The notes beneath the pieces are model-generated. The model was given only the letters and a program-made list of their open reading frames with translations, was not told where the DNA came from and made no database searches. This document shows positions 38,505 through 47,609 of a stretch of DNA of 64,000 bases, piece after piece. The translations under genes were made by a program, and so were the position numbers. How positions within the stretch are numbered: position 1 is the stretch's first letter; every line of letters begins with the position of its first letter. This DNA comes from an uncultured Candidatus Binatia bacterium (GTDB lineage Bacteria > Desulfobacterota > Binatia > UBA9968 > JAJDTQ01): NCBI GenBank assembly GCA_965213675.1, contig OZ243916.1, positions 2,016,001-2,080,000 of the forward strand. Reading direction: 5' to 3'.

Positions 38505-39500
38505 CTACTTCATCCGATGCAGCACATTCTCCGCCAGCCCCTGCAGGTATTCCTTCCGCCCCGACAGGTCCTTGGGCATGTTGAGGAGCGTCATGCCCAC
38601 GTATTCCACGCCGTCTTCGGCCAGCCGGCCGAGATCCTGCAGGCAGTCGTCGCCGTTGCCGGTGACGGCCCAGGCGTTGACCTCGGAGTCGGAGGCGATG
38701 TTGATCTTGACCATGGTGTCTTCCTGCATGTTCCAGCTGCTGTACATCTTGTAGGAAGACGCCGCGGACTCGCGCGCCTGAGCGATGGCGGTCTCGCGGT
38801 TGGGGGCATAGGCCACGCCCCGGGAGATGGTGATGCGGCCGGGGTCCTGGCCGGTGTTGCTGCGCTCGTCGCGGTAGATGGAGATGAGATGGGCGACGTC
38901 GTCGAAGCCCACCTGGGGCGCCAGATAGGCGGCGTCGGCGATGCGGGCGGAGCGGCGCACCGCGCCTTCGCTCTGGCAGGCGATCCAGATGGGCGGGTGG
39001 GGCTTCTGGATGGGCGTGAATCCCATCTTGGCGCCGTGCACGGTCCAGTACTTGCCCTCGTGGTCGATCTCCTCGCCGGTCCAGAGCTTCTTCATCACTT
39101 CAATGGACTCGGTGAGGCGGGACACCCGCTGCTTGCGGTTGGAGGCCACGGCCTCGAGCTCGGTGTCGCGGTAGCCCAAACCCACGCCGAGGACGAAGCG
39201 GCCCTTGGCGATGTGGTCCAGGGTGGCCACGTCTTCCGCCACCTGGAGCGGGTTGTGGAGCGGCAGCAGCACGATGCCGGTCTGGAGCCGCATATCGCCC
39301 ACCTCCGGGGCCAGCCGCGCCAGCATGGGGAAGGGCTGGGGCCAGATGGTGGGATGCGACACCCAGTGCTGGGGCATGGTGATGGCGGCGAAGCCGCAGT
39401 CACGGGCGACGTGGCAGATCTCGACGGCGTCGTCGATCTGCTCGTGCAGGGGCCGTGTCGGGTTGGTGAAGAAAGAACGGAAATAGATGCCAAGTTCCAC
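38505..39500 (-). CDS. LLM-class flavin-dependent oxidoreductase
   Basis: LHNPLQVAEDVATLD...GRFVLGVGLGYR, PIQKPHPPIW; GTG 39500 with AGGAGG RBS. Confidence 0.9.
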   Translation of the reverse strand: MELGIYFRSFFTNPTRPLHEQIDDAVEICHVARDCGFAAITMPQHWVSHPTIWPQPFPMLARLAPEVGDMRLQTGIVLLPLHNPLQVAEDVATLDHIAKGRFVLGVGLGYRDTELEAVASNRKQRVSRLTESIEVMKKLWTGEEIDHEGKYWTVHGAKMGFTPIQKPHPPIWIACQSEGAVRRSARIADAAYLAPQVGFDDVAHLISIYRDERSNTGQDPGRITISRGVAYAPNRETAIAQARESAASSYKMYSSWNMQEDTMVKINIASDSEVNAWAVTGNGDDCLQDLGRLAEDGVEYVGMTLLNMPKDLSGRKEYLQGLAENVLHRMK

Positions 39501-39650
39501 GGGAATCCTCCTGAATGGTGAGGCTACTTCATGGCAAGCGGGGGGCGGGGTTGTCAAACTCGACGACGCCCCGCACTCCGCCCGGATCCCCGACTCCCAG
39601 ACTGTGTCAATACTCCACTCAAACTAGAGATGGCACCGCCACCCCGGATC

Positions 39651-39835
39651 GTCATTCTCGCGAAAGCGGGAATCCAGGGGCGGTGGCGGGGCACTACAGC
39701 GGCGTTTTCCCGCCTCCCCGCCCCGCATGCCTACCCCTCAAATTGGCCGATCTGAGGGGTTCTCTCAACATACAAATGCCGATCCGTAGGGTCTCTGCCT
39801 CACGAATTTGACGCAGCCTGCTCCGTGGAAATGAC
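39651..39835. repeat. REP-like element of the GTCATTCCCGCGAAAGCGGGAATCCA family (degenerate)
   Basis: GTCATTCTCGCGAAAGCGGGAATCCA at 39651, with a partial inverted end ...GGAAATGAC at 39835. Confidence 0.6.
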
Positions 39836-39946
39836 GATTCGTAGCAAACGTGCCCGGTGAGTCGGGCGCAGCCTTTTTCGTGGAAATGGCGGGAGGCATG
39901 GCGGGAATGTTGACAGAAACGGGTGCGTCCACTAACACGTAGCGTC

Positions 39947-41365
39947 ATGGCTTCTTCATCCACCGGAGGGGGTTCGGGAGGGGTTCCCGAGGTCGATGTG
40001 CTCATCGCGGGCGGTGGGAACGCGGCGATGTGCGCGGCCATCATGGCCCGTCACGGGGGCGCCAGCGTGTTGGTGCTGGAGGCGGCGCCCAAGGCGTTCC
40101 GGGGCGGCAACAGCCGCCACACGCGGAACCTGCGTTACATGCACGAGGGCGAGGACGGGTTCCTCACGGGCACGTATCCGGAGGACGAGTTCTACGAGGA
40201 CCTGCTGCGGGTGACGGGCGGCGACACCAACGAGGAGCTGGCGCGCTACTGCATACGGCAGTCCCAGGACGCGGGCGAATGGATGTCGGCCCACGGCATC
40301 AAGTGGCAGCCGTCCTTGCGCGGCACCCTGCAGCTTTCGCGCACCAACGCGTTCTTCCTGGGCGGCGGCAAGGCGTTGATGAACGCCTACTACGACACCG
40401 CCGAGAAGATGGGCATCCGGGCCGAGTACGACACCGAGGTGCGGGACCTGAACATCGAGGACGGCATGTTCCGCTCCGCGGTGGTGGAGCACAACGGCCA
40501 GAAGCGCGAGGTGGCGGCCAAGGCCTTCATCGGCGCCTCCGGCGGCTTCGAGGCCAACGTGCCGTGGCTCAAGGAATACTGGGGCGAGGCGGCGGACAAC
40601 TTCATCATCCGCGGCACGCCCTACAACAAGGGCCGGGTGCTGCGTCAATTGTTCGACGCGGGCGCCAAGCCGGCGGGGCGGGCCAAGGGTTTCCACGCCA
40701 TCGCGCTGGACGGGCGCGCGCCCAAGTTCGACGGCGGCATCGTGACCCGGCTCGACTGCGTCCCCTTCGGCGTCGTGCTCAACAAGAACGCCGAGCGCTT
40801 CTACGACGAGGGCGAGGACTTCTGGCCCAAGCGCTATGCCATCTGGGGCACCCTCATCGCCGGCCAGCCGGAGCAGGAGGCCTACTGCATCGTCGACGCC
40901 AAGTCCATCGACATGTTCCTGCCCTCGGTCTTCCCGCCCTTCGAGGCGGACTCGGTCCGGCAACTCGCCGCGGCCATGGACTTGAACCCGGCCAAGGCGG
41001 AGGAGACGGTGAACGCGTTCAACAGCGCCGTCAAAGCGGGGACCTTCGACCCCACGACACTGGACGACTGCTCCACCGAGGGCATGGACCCGCCCAAGAG
41101 CCACTGGGCGCGGGTCATCGACACCCCGCCGTTCTACGGCTATCCGTTGCGGCCGGGGATCACCTTCACCTACATGGGCGTGGCCGTGAACAAGCAGTGC
41201 CAGGTTCTTTTCGGCGAAGACCAGCCGTCTCCGAACATCTTCGCAGCCGGGGAGATGATGTCGGGAAACATCCTCGGCAAGGGGTATCTGGCGGGATTCG
41301 GCATGACCATCGGAACGGTGTTCGGCCGCATCGCAGGAAGGGAGGCCGCGCGTGCCGTCGTCTGA
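39947..41365 (+). CDS. tcuA: FAD-dependent tricarballylate dehydrogenase
   Basis: GGGNAAMCAA, RGGNSRHTRN, LSRTNAFFLGGGKAL, PKFDGGIVTRLD, GEDFWPKRYAIWG, GNILGKGYLAG. Confidence 0.92.
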   Translation: MASSSTGGGSGGVPEVDVLIAGGGNAAMCAAIMARHGGASVLVLEAAPKAFRGGNSRHTRNLRYMHEGEDGFLTGTYPEDEFYEDLLRVTGGDTNEELARYCIRQSQDAGEWMSAHGIKWQPSLRGTLQLSRTNAFFLGGGKALMNAYYDTAEKMGIRAEYDTEVRDLNIEDGMFRSAVVEHNGQKREVAAKAFIGASGGFEANVPWLKEYWGEAADNFIIRGTPYNKGRVLRQLFDAGAKPAGRAKGFHAIALDGRAPKFDGGIVTRLDCVPFGVVLNKNAERFYDEGEDFWPKRYAIWGTLIAGQPEQEAYCIVDAKSIDMFLPSVFPPFEADSVRQLAAAMDLNPAKAEETVNAFNSAVKAGTFDPTTLDDCSTEGMDPPKSHWARVIDTPPFYGYPLRPGITFTYMGVAVNKQCQVLFGEDQPSPNIFAAGEMMSGNILGKGYLAGFGMTIGTVFGRIAGREAARAVV

Positions 41366-42470
41366 GCATCTCAAGGAAGCCGACCGGGTCATGACCATCT
41401 GCAACGCCTGCCGCTATTGCGCGGGCTTCTGCGCGGTTTTCCCGGCCATGGAGCGGCGGCGCACTTTCGACACCAAGGACCTGGTCTACATGTCCAACCT
41501 GTGCTTCGAGTGCCGCGCCTGCTACTACGCCTGCCAGTACGCGCCGCCCCACGAGTTCGGGGTGAATGTGCCCCAGGCGCTGTCGCGGCTTCGGGCCGAC
41601 ACCTACGAGGACTACGCCTGGCCCCGGGTGCTCAAAGGCTTCTACAAGAACAACGCCTTCCTGGTGGGGCTCGTCACCACGGTGTGCATCGTGCTGGCCT
41701 TCGTGCTGACCCTGGTGTTTCAGGGCAGCACCACGCTGTTCTCCGCCCACCAGGGCTCCGGCGCGTTCTACGCGGTGGTGCCCTACGGCGCCATGGTATT
41801 CCCGGCCAGCGTGATGTTCTTCTACGCCATCTTCGCGCTGCTGGCGGGGTTCGTGAGCTTCTGGCGCCGCACCCGCGGCAGCCTCGCGGACCTGATCGAC
41901 GTGTCCGCTTTCGCCCGCGCCGTGAAGGAGGCCTTCGGCCTGCAGTACATGAAGGGCGGCGGCGACGGCTGCAACTACCCCGACGAGAAGTTCTCCAAGA
42001 GCCGCATGTGGCACCACCACTTGGTGTTCTACGGCTTCGCGCTGGACTTCGCCGCCACCACCGTCGCGGCCTTCTACCACCACTTCCTCCACTGGGATGC
42101 GCCCTACCCCTACCTGAGCCTGCCGGTGGTGTTCGGGACGGTGGGCGGCGTCATGATGTGCATCGGCACGGTGGGGCTCCTCTACCTCAAGTCCAAGAGC
42201 GACCTGGACCCGGCCGAGGAGAAGATGCTCAGCCTGGACAGAACCTTCCTCTGGATGCTCTTCCTGACGAGCTTCACCGGGCTCCTGCTGCTGGTGTTCC
42301 GGGAAACCGCGATGATGGGAACGCTGCTGGTGATCCACCTGGGCGTGGTGGCCGGGCTCTTCCTGACCATCCCCTACAGCAAGTTCGCCCACGCGGTGTA
42401 CCGCTACGCCGCGCTGATCCAGAACGCCATCGAGGTGCGGGAAGACGAGAGCAAGATCGTGCTGGGCTGA
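41352..42470 (+). CDS. tcuB: Tricarballylate utilization 4Fe-4S membrane protein
   Basis: ICNACRYC.G.CAVFPAM, C..CRACYYACQYAPPHEF, PYSKFAH..YR. Confidence 0.92.
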   Translation: MPSSEHLKEADRVMTICNACRYCAGFCAVFPAMERRRTFDTKDLVYMSNLCFECRACYYACQYAPPHEFGVNVPQALSRLRADTYEDYAWPRVLKGFYKNNAFLVGLVTTVCIVLAFVLTLVFQGSTTLFSAHQGSGAFYAVVPYGAMVFPASVMFFYAIFALLAGFVSFWRRTRGSLADLIDVSAFARAVKEAFGLQYMKGGGDGCNYPDEKFSKSRMWHHHLVFYGFALDFAATTVAAFYHHFLHWDAPYPYLSLPVVFGTVGGVMMCIGTVGLLYLKSKSDLDPAEEKMLSLDRTFLWMLFLTSFTGLLLLVFRETAMMGTLLVIHLGVVAGLFLTIPYSKFAHAVYRYAALIQNAIEVREDESKIVLG

Positions 42471-42578
42471 CCGGGCGGACGACGTCGGTCCTCCCTGCGA
42501 GTTTCGGCCCAATCCCATTACCGCGGCCTTGGTGCGTCATTCCCGTCACATCGGTGTCGTGTCCGCTCCTCGTCTCCG

Positions 42579-42625
42579 GTCATTCCCGCGAAAGCTTGCC
42601 CTCGCCCCCGATCGGGGGCGGGGAG
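42579..42625. repeat. REP-like element between convergent genes
   Basis: GTCATTCCCGCGAAAGC followed by the palindrome GCCCCCGATCGGGGGC; same family as 39651. Confidence 0.6.
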
Positions 42626-42705
42626 GACGTTCCGGGAGAACGGGACGGTTGCGGAGAAGGCGCGTTGGGGACACCCGCCAGCGGACCAGGCGCCGGAGCT
42701 TGTGC

Positions 42706-43704
42706 TCAGTACGTGTCGAACATCCGCTGGATGGCGTCCGGGTCGTCGGTGACGCTGAGGGCCAGCGCCAGCAGCACCCGGGCCTTCCAGGGCTGGAGGT
42801 TGTCGGCGGTGACGACGCCGCGCTCGGCCAACTTCGGGCTGCGGGCCACCCTCCCCGAACCCACCCGGCTGCCGATGCACAGGACCACACCCTTTTCCCC
42901 GGCGCGCTCGAAAGCCTCGTCCTGAGCCGGCGTGGGGCGGCCCGCCCCGGTGGCGGCGCACACGATGCCCCTGGCCCCCGCGGCCACGCAGGCGTCGATC
43001 ACGGCGCCGTCCGCGCCCGCGTGCGAAACCACCACGTCCACCCGCGGCAACGACTCCATCCCCTGTACGTCGAACTCGGTGCCGGTGGTGTGCTGCTTGA
43101 CCGTCCGGTGATGGTAGCGCACCCGGCCGTCGGCGTCCGCGAAGCCCAGCGGTCCCAGGTCCCGTCCCTGGAACGCCTCCACGCGGTAGGTGGCGGTCTT
43201 GGTCAGGTCCCGGGCGCCGAAGATCCGGTCGTTCATCACCGCCAGCACGCCGTGTCCACGGGAAACCGGATCCGCCGCCACCCGCACGGCGTTGAGCAGG
43301 TTCAGGTAGCCGTCCGCGCCCAGCGCGGTCGCCGGGCGCATGGACCCCACCAGCACCACCGGCCGGTCGGTCTTGAGCACGAGGTTCAGGAAGTACGCGG
43401 TCTCCTCCAGCGTGTTGGTGCCGTGGGTGATGACCGCCCCGTCCGCCTCGTCCCGTTGGAAGATTCCGTGCAGCACCCCTGCCAGGTCGAGCCAGTCCCG
43501 GTCCACCAGCGCATGGCTCGGCAGCCGCCGGAACGGCACCTGCTCCACCTCGGCGATGGAGGCCAACTCGGGCACCGAGCCCACCAGCTCACCGTCGCCG
43601 AGCCGCTTGTTGTTCTCGATGTACCAGGCCAGGTCCAGGCGATCGGCGCCGACGGAATCGATGGTGCCTCCGGTGAGGATCAGGGCAATTCTGGGCGTGG
43701 CCAT
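42706..43704 (-). CDS. Asparaginase family protein
   Basis: TGGTI, HGTNTLEETAY, GSMRP, DG..NL.NA, KARVLL. Confidence 0.9.
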   Translation of the reverse strand: MATPRIALILTGGTIDSVGADRLDLAWYIENNKRLGDGELVGSVPELASIAEVEQVPFRRLPSHALVDRDWLDLAGVLHGIFQRDEADGAVITHGTNTLEETAYFLNLVLKTDRPVVLVGSMRPATALGADGYLNLLNAVRVAADPVSRGHGVLAVMNDRIFGARDLTKTATYRVEAFQGRDLGPLGFADADGRVRYHHRTVKQHTTGTEFDVQGMESLPRVDVVVSHAGADGAVIDACVAAGARGIVCAATGAGRPTPAQDEAFERAGEKGVVLCIGSRVGSGRVARSPKLAERGVVTADNLQPWKARVLLALALSVTDDPDAIQRMFDTY

Positions 43705-43712
43705 CTCAATCC

Positions 43713-43741
43713 TTGAAAAACAGAAGTGTCAAAGCTAACTT
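43713..43741 (+). promoter_or_regulatory. Candidate leaderless sigma70 promoter
   Basis: TTGAAA-17 bp-TAACTT-6 bp-GTG(43748). Confidence 0.5.
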
Positions 43742-43747
43742 TCCCGC

Positions 43748-44616
43748 GTGGAGTACCGGCAACGTCACCTCGAAGCCAGAATAGCGCGCCTGCGGCAAGC
43801 CGTGCCGGTGATCCTGGTGCTGGGGGCGCGACAGGCTGGCAAGAGCACGCTCCTGTCCCACTTGGCCCCGGACGCCCACCGTGTTGTATTCGACCCGGTC
43901 ATCGACGTCAACAACGCGCGAGAAGATCCTGAAGTGTTCCTCGACCAGTACCAGCCGCCGCTCATCCTCGACGAGGTTCAATACGTGCCGGACCTGCTTG
44001 GGGTCATCAAACGGCGTGTGGAAACCTGTTCGCCCGCTTTGTAGGCCTGTGTGCCGCCCACTCCGGCCAGGAGATCAATCACACCCAACTCGGGCGTGAG
44101 CTCGGCATCACGTACCACACGGCGCAGCGCTGGCTGGCCGTCCTGCGAGCGACCTTTCAGTGGCTTGAGGTCCCGGCGTATTCCGGCCATCCCACCAAAC
44201 GAATCTCCAAGCGCCCCAAGGGCTACTTTGCCGACACCGGACTGGCGGCATGGACTCAGCGCATTTCCAGCCCAACGGCGCTGATGTCCAATCCGATCCA
44301 GGGCGCGCTGTTCGAGACCCATGTCGTCCTGGACCTGCTCAAGCAGACGCAGACCATGAGCCATCCGCCGGCCGCCCATCACTGGCGCGCACACTCCGGC
44401 AGCGAGGTGGACCTGCTACTCGAGAGGGACGGAATGTTCGTCGCCGTGGAAGCAAAGAGCAGCGCGCGCGTCACGCGCGCGGACACCAGCGGCATACGAA
44501 CGTTCCGGGAGACGTATCCTCGTCTCAAGCACGGCATCGGAGTGGTGGTGGCCGGGGTGCGTGAGACCGCACTGGTGGCCGACGACATCATCGCCGTCCC
44601 CTACGACATGGCCTGA
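43748..44616 (+). pseudogene. AAA_14-DUF4143 ATPase pseudogene (internal deletion plus frameshift)
   Basis: GARQAGKST...ILDEVQ frame stops at 44044. From about 44023 another frame reads NLFARFVGLCAAHSGQEIN...KRPKGYFADTGL...GALFET...EVDLL...VEAK. The middle segment (TGS, GGYP) is missing. Confidence 0.85.
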
Positions 44617-44659
44617 AACCTGCGAGACGAGACAGGAGCCTCGGTCAGCGTCATCCATT

Positions 44660-46624
44660 TCACGGGGACCGCCGGGGCAGCCGTAGCCGCACCACGATCG
44701 GGTCATGGTCGCTGGCCCGGGCCGCGGTCTCGGCGAACTCGGCGTTGACGTGAACGATGTCCACCTCGGTCGCCGCCCTCAATGGCGGACTCACCAGGAT
44801 GTGGTCCAGGGACTGGGCGTTGCCCTCGAAGATGTAGCTGTAGCGCTCGTTGGCCGGGAGATCGTTGGTGAGGTTGTGGAGGCGTTCTTCGAGGATCTTC
44901 AGCGGGGACACGAACTGGAATTCGTTGAAGTCGCCGACCACGACGATATGTGCGTCCAAGCGCGCGGCCAGCTTGCGCGCCGCGAAATCGCGGACGGCGC
45001 GCGCTTGCCTCCGGCGGCGCTCCACCGCGCCGTTGACGGCAGGATCCTCCTGCCGTTCCGTGAAGGGCTGCACCTGCCCGAACAGCGGAGCGCTGCCGCG
45101 CTTGGAATTGAAGTGGTTGTTAACCACGGTCACGGCCGCGCCGCCCGGCGCCCGGGACCGGAACGAGGCCGCCAGCGGCAATCGCCCGTTGAAGAACGGG
45201 TTCCGCGGGTTGGTGCGCTGGTCCGCCGGGTCCGTGACCGTGGCCACCGAGCCGGGAACGAGTTCCACCCGCGCGGGGTTGTAGAGAAAGGCCACGCGGA
45301 TGTTGCCGCCGGGCTGGCCGCCGCTGGTGTCGTCGCCGATGAACCGATGGTCGATGAAACGGTAGCGCACCCGCGCCACAGCGGCGATGCGCTCCACGAG
45401 CAGCCGCAGCGTGGCGCTGGCGGACCTGACCCCCGTCTTGGCCGTGCCGTCGTTGTCCTGGACCTCCTGGAGCGCGACGATGTCGGGATGGCGCAGGTTG
45501 CGGGCGATGATGGACGCCACGGCGTCGAAACGGCCGCTGGCCACATCGGTGTCGCCGTCGGCGTCGTTGGGATCGAGATTGAGCACGTTGAAGGTGGCGA
45601 TGGTGAGGTGATCGTCGCCGGCCCGCAACGGAGTGGTCTCGGGCTTCAGCCCGCCGCGCGCAGGCCTGAACTTTTCGGTGAAACGCACCTCGTAGTTGCC
45701 GAAGCCGTAACTCATGACGCCGGTGACGTCGCCCAGGGAATCGCCCACCTGAACGTGCGGCGTGGCCATGGGGCTCAAGCCGAAGTCGTCGTCGATCTGA
45801 ATGCGTTCGGGGTTGAAGTCATCCGGGCGTAACGTGAGGGCGCCGCGCTCACTCAGGCCCGAAGGCGCCGTGCCGCGGGCGCGCACGAAGATCTCGCCGA
45901 ACCGGCTCGCGGGGCTCACGGCCACCGCATCCTTGACGGTGACGCGCATGCCTTCGAGGGTTTCGTAGAAGTCGATGCCGTCTTCTCCCGGGTCGAATGC
46001 GCCGAATCCGTCGTTGTCGATGACCCGGCCGGGCGGAACCCTGCCTCCGGATCCCAGCGCCACAGGCGCGGGAAGGCGATGGCCGCGGGACAGGCGTGTG
46101 AGCCGCGGGCGCGTGATCTGCGTGATGGTGAGGTTTCGGGTGGACGGCCCGCCGGGCTGGAACTCCGTGACCACACCGCGCACACGCAGCCTGTCGCCCG
46201 CGGCGGCGGCCGGCGCCCCTCGCGTAAAGACGAAAATGCCGTCCGAGGTTTCGGGGTCGCCGTCTCCCGCCGGATCCTGCAGGTAGAAGCCATCCGTATC
46301 CACGGCGGTCACGATGCCGCTGGTGGTCACCTGTCGCCCACGAAGGGGAGAAATATGGCCGCGTCCCTGGACCCGCCCGATGCGGCTCTCGCCCGCCGCC
46401 TGCGCCACGCGCAAATCCCTGGCCGAACCCGCCTCGCCTGACGGATCGGAACCCTTCGCGGCGTGCGCCGCAGGCGTGGCGGTGGCTGCAGCGTTACCAA
46501 GAACAGCGTGCCAAAAAACAACGTCCCCACCGCCGCAAGCCACCGCGGCAGCCCAACCAGAACCGAACGTGTCACTCGCCGTGCCATGCCGAGATCGTGT
46601 AACAGGGAGGAGGGTGAGCCTCAA
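44660..46624 (-). CDS. Extracellular nuclease-like protein (OB-fold plus endonuclease/exonuclease/phosphatase domain); start uncertain
   Basis: VQG.GH.SP, GFYLQD, TSDGIFV, ETLEGMRV, TFNVLN, LQEVQD, NHF.SK, GDFN, LDHIL, SDHDP. Confidence 0.85.
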   Translation of the reverse strand: MRLTLLPVTRSRHGTASDTFGSGWAAAVACGGGDVVFWHAVLGNAAATATPAAHAAKGSDPSGEAGSARDLRVAQAAGESRIGRVQGRGHISPLRGRQVTTSGIVTAVDTDGFYLQDPAGDGDPETSDGIFVFTRGAPAAAAGDRLRVRGVVTEFQPGGPSTRNLTITQITRPRLTRLSRGHRLPAPVALGSGGRVPPGRVIDNDGFGAFDPGEDGIDFYETLEGMRVTVKDAVAVSPASRFGEIFVRARGTAPSGLSERGALTLRPDDFNPERIQIDDDFGLSPMATPHVQVGDSLGDVTGVMSYGFGNYEVRFTEKFRPARGGLKPETTPLRAGDDHLTIATFNVLNLDPNDADGDTDVASGRFDAVASIIARNLRHPDIVALQEVQDNDGTAKTGVRSASATLRLLVERIAAVARVRYRFIDHRFIGDDTSGGQPGGNIRVAFLYNPARVELVPGSVATVTDPADQRTNPRNPFFNGRLPLAASFRSRAPGGAAVTVVNNHFNSKRGSAPLFGQVQPFTERQEDPAVNGAVERRRRQARAVRDFAARKLAARLDAHIVVVGDFNEFQFVSPLKILEERLHNLTNDLPANERYSYIFEGNAQSLDHILVSPPLRAATEVDIVHVNAEFAETAARASDHDPIVVRLRLPRRSP

Positions 46625-46746
46625 ACCCGGCTTCGCCGCCGTGCTTCCCGGCCGATTGTTGCCTGTTCGCTGTCCCGGCAGTATGCTGCCAACTTGAGTT
46701 CAAGCCGGAAATGGTGCCGCGCCCCTTTTGGAAAGGAGAGATCGTC

Positions 46747-47562
46747 ATGTCGGTGATCATGATCTACGAAGGTATCCATGGAGCGGAGGAAGTCGCCAAC
46801 CGGGTCGCGAAGTCCCTCGACTACAAGTGCGTGGGACGACGGGATCTGGCGGCCACCCTGCCGAATTACGGCGTGCCGCGCGCCAAGCTGGACGACATCA
46901 CGGAGAAGGAGCCGCACTGGTGGGAGCAGTGGCTGCAGGACTTGCGGCCCTATCGCATCGCACTTCAGGCCGCCATGTGCGAGATGGCTCAAGGCGGCCC
47001 CATGGTCTATCACGGCCACGTGGGCCACGAACTCCTTCCCGGGGTATCCCATGTGCTCAAGGTGTTCGTGACGGGCTCCATGGAGCTGCGCATCGACACG
47101 CTCCGTTCACGCCTGGAAGTCGACGAAGGCACCATTCGCAAGCAACTCGAGTACACCGACCGGGCTCGCAGCCGCCGGCTCCAGTCCCTGTTCGGCCACG
47201 ACTGGCAGGACCCGACCCGCTACCACCTCGTGCTGAATCTGGCCATGGGCGTGGACGCAGCCAGCGAGGTCATCGCCAGCACGGCGCGCCTCCGGGCGTT
47301 TGCCAAAACCGCCGTCTCCACCCTGGCCTTCAACGACCTGGCGCTGGCCAGGAAGACCCAGGCGGTCCTGCTGCAGTCGGACCTGTACCGCGGCCTGCCC
47401 ATCGACGTAAAGGCGTGCGAGGGAACGGTGACGGTGTCCGGAATGGTGCCCTCGCCGATCACCGTGGACGGCGTGGTGGCCGCCATCAAGGCCATCCCGG
47501 ACGTCGAGCATGTGACGGCAAATCTCGTGGTGGTGCCGCGAAGCCATTCCGATATCGATTAG
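46747..47562 (+). CDS. Cytidylate-kinase-like family protein with C-terminal BON-like domain
   Basis: GHVGHELLPG..HVLKV, D.W.DPT.YHLVLN; C-terminal I.V....GTVTVSG; AAGGAG RBS. Confidence 0.75.
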   Translation: MSVIMIYEGIHGAEEVANRVAKSLDYKCVGRRDLAATLPNYGVPRAKLDDITEKEPHWWEQWLQDLRPYRIALQAAMCEMAQGGPMVYHGHVGHELLPGVSHVLKVFVTGSMELRIDTLRSRLEVDEGTIRKQLEYTDRARSRRLQSLFGHDWQDPTRYHLVLNLAMGVDAASEVIASTARLRAFAKTAVSTLAFNDLALARKTQAVLLQSDLYRGLPIDVKACEGTVTVSGMVPSPITVDGVVAAIKAIPDVEHVTANLVVVPRSHSDID

Positions 47563-47609
47563 CCGGTCCCTCCGGAAGGGCTCCGGAGTGCCCGGCGGCC
47601 ACGGGAACC

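Noticed and set aside
42706-43704. HGTNT instead of HGTDT in asparaginase as a sign of inactivation
   Set aside because: Both catalytic threonines are retained and the ORF is intact; probably a subfamily variant.
46728-47609. 1208-aa giant fusion ORF
   Set aside because: The first 294 codons overlap the kinase-like gene in another frame; the real start is ATG 47610.
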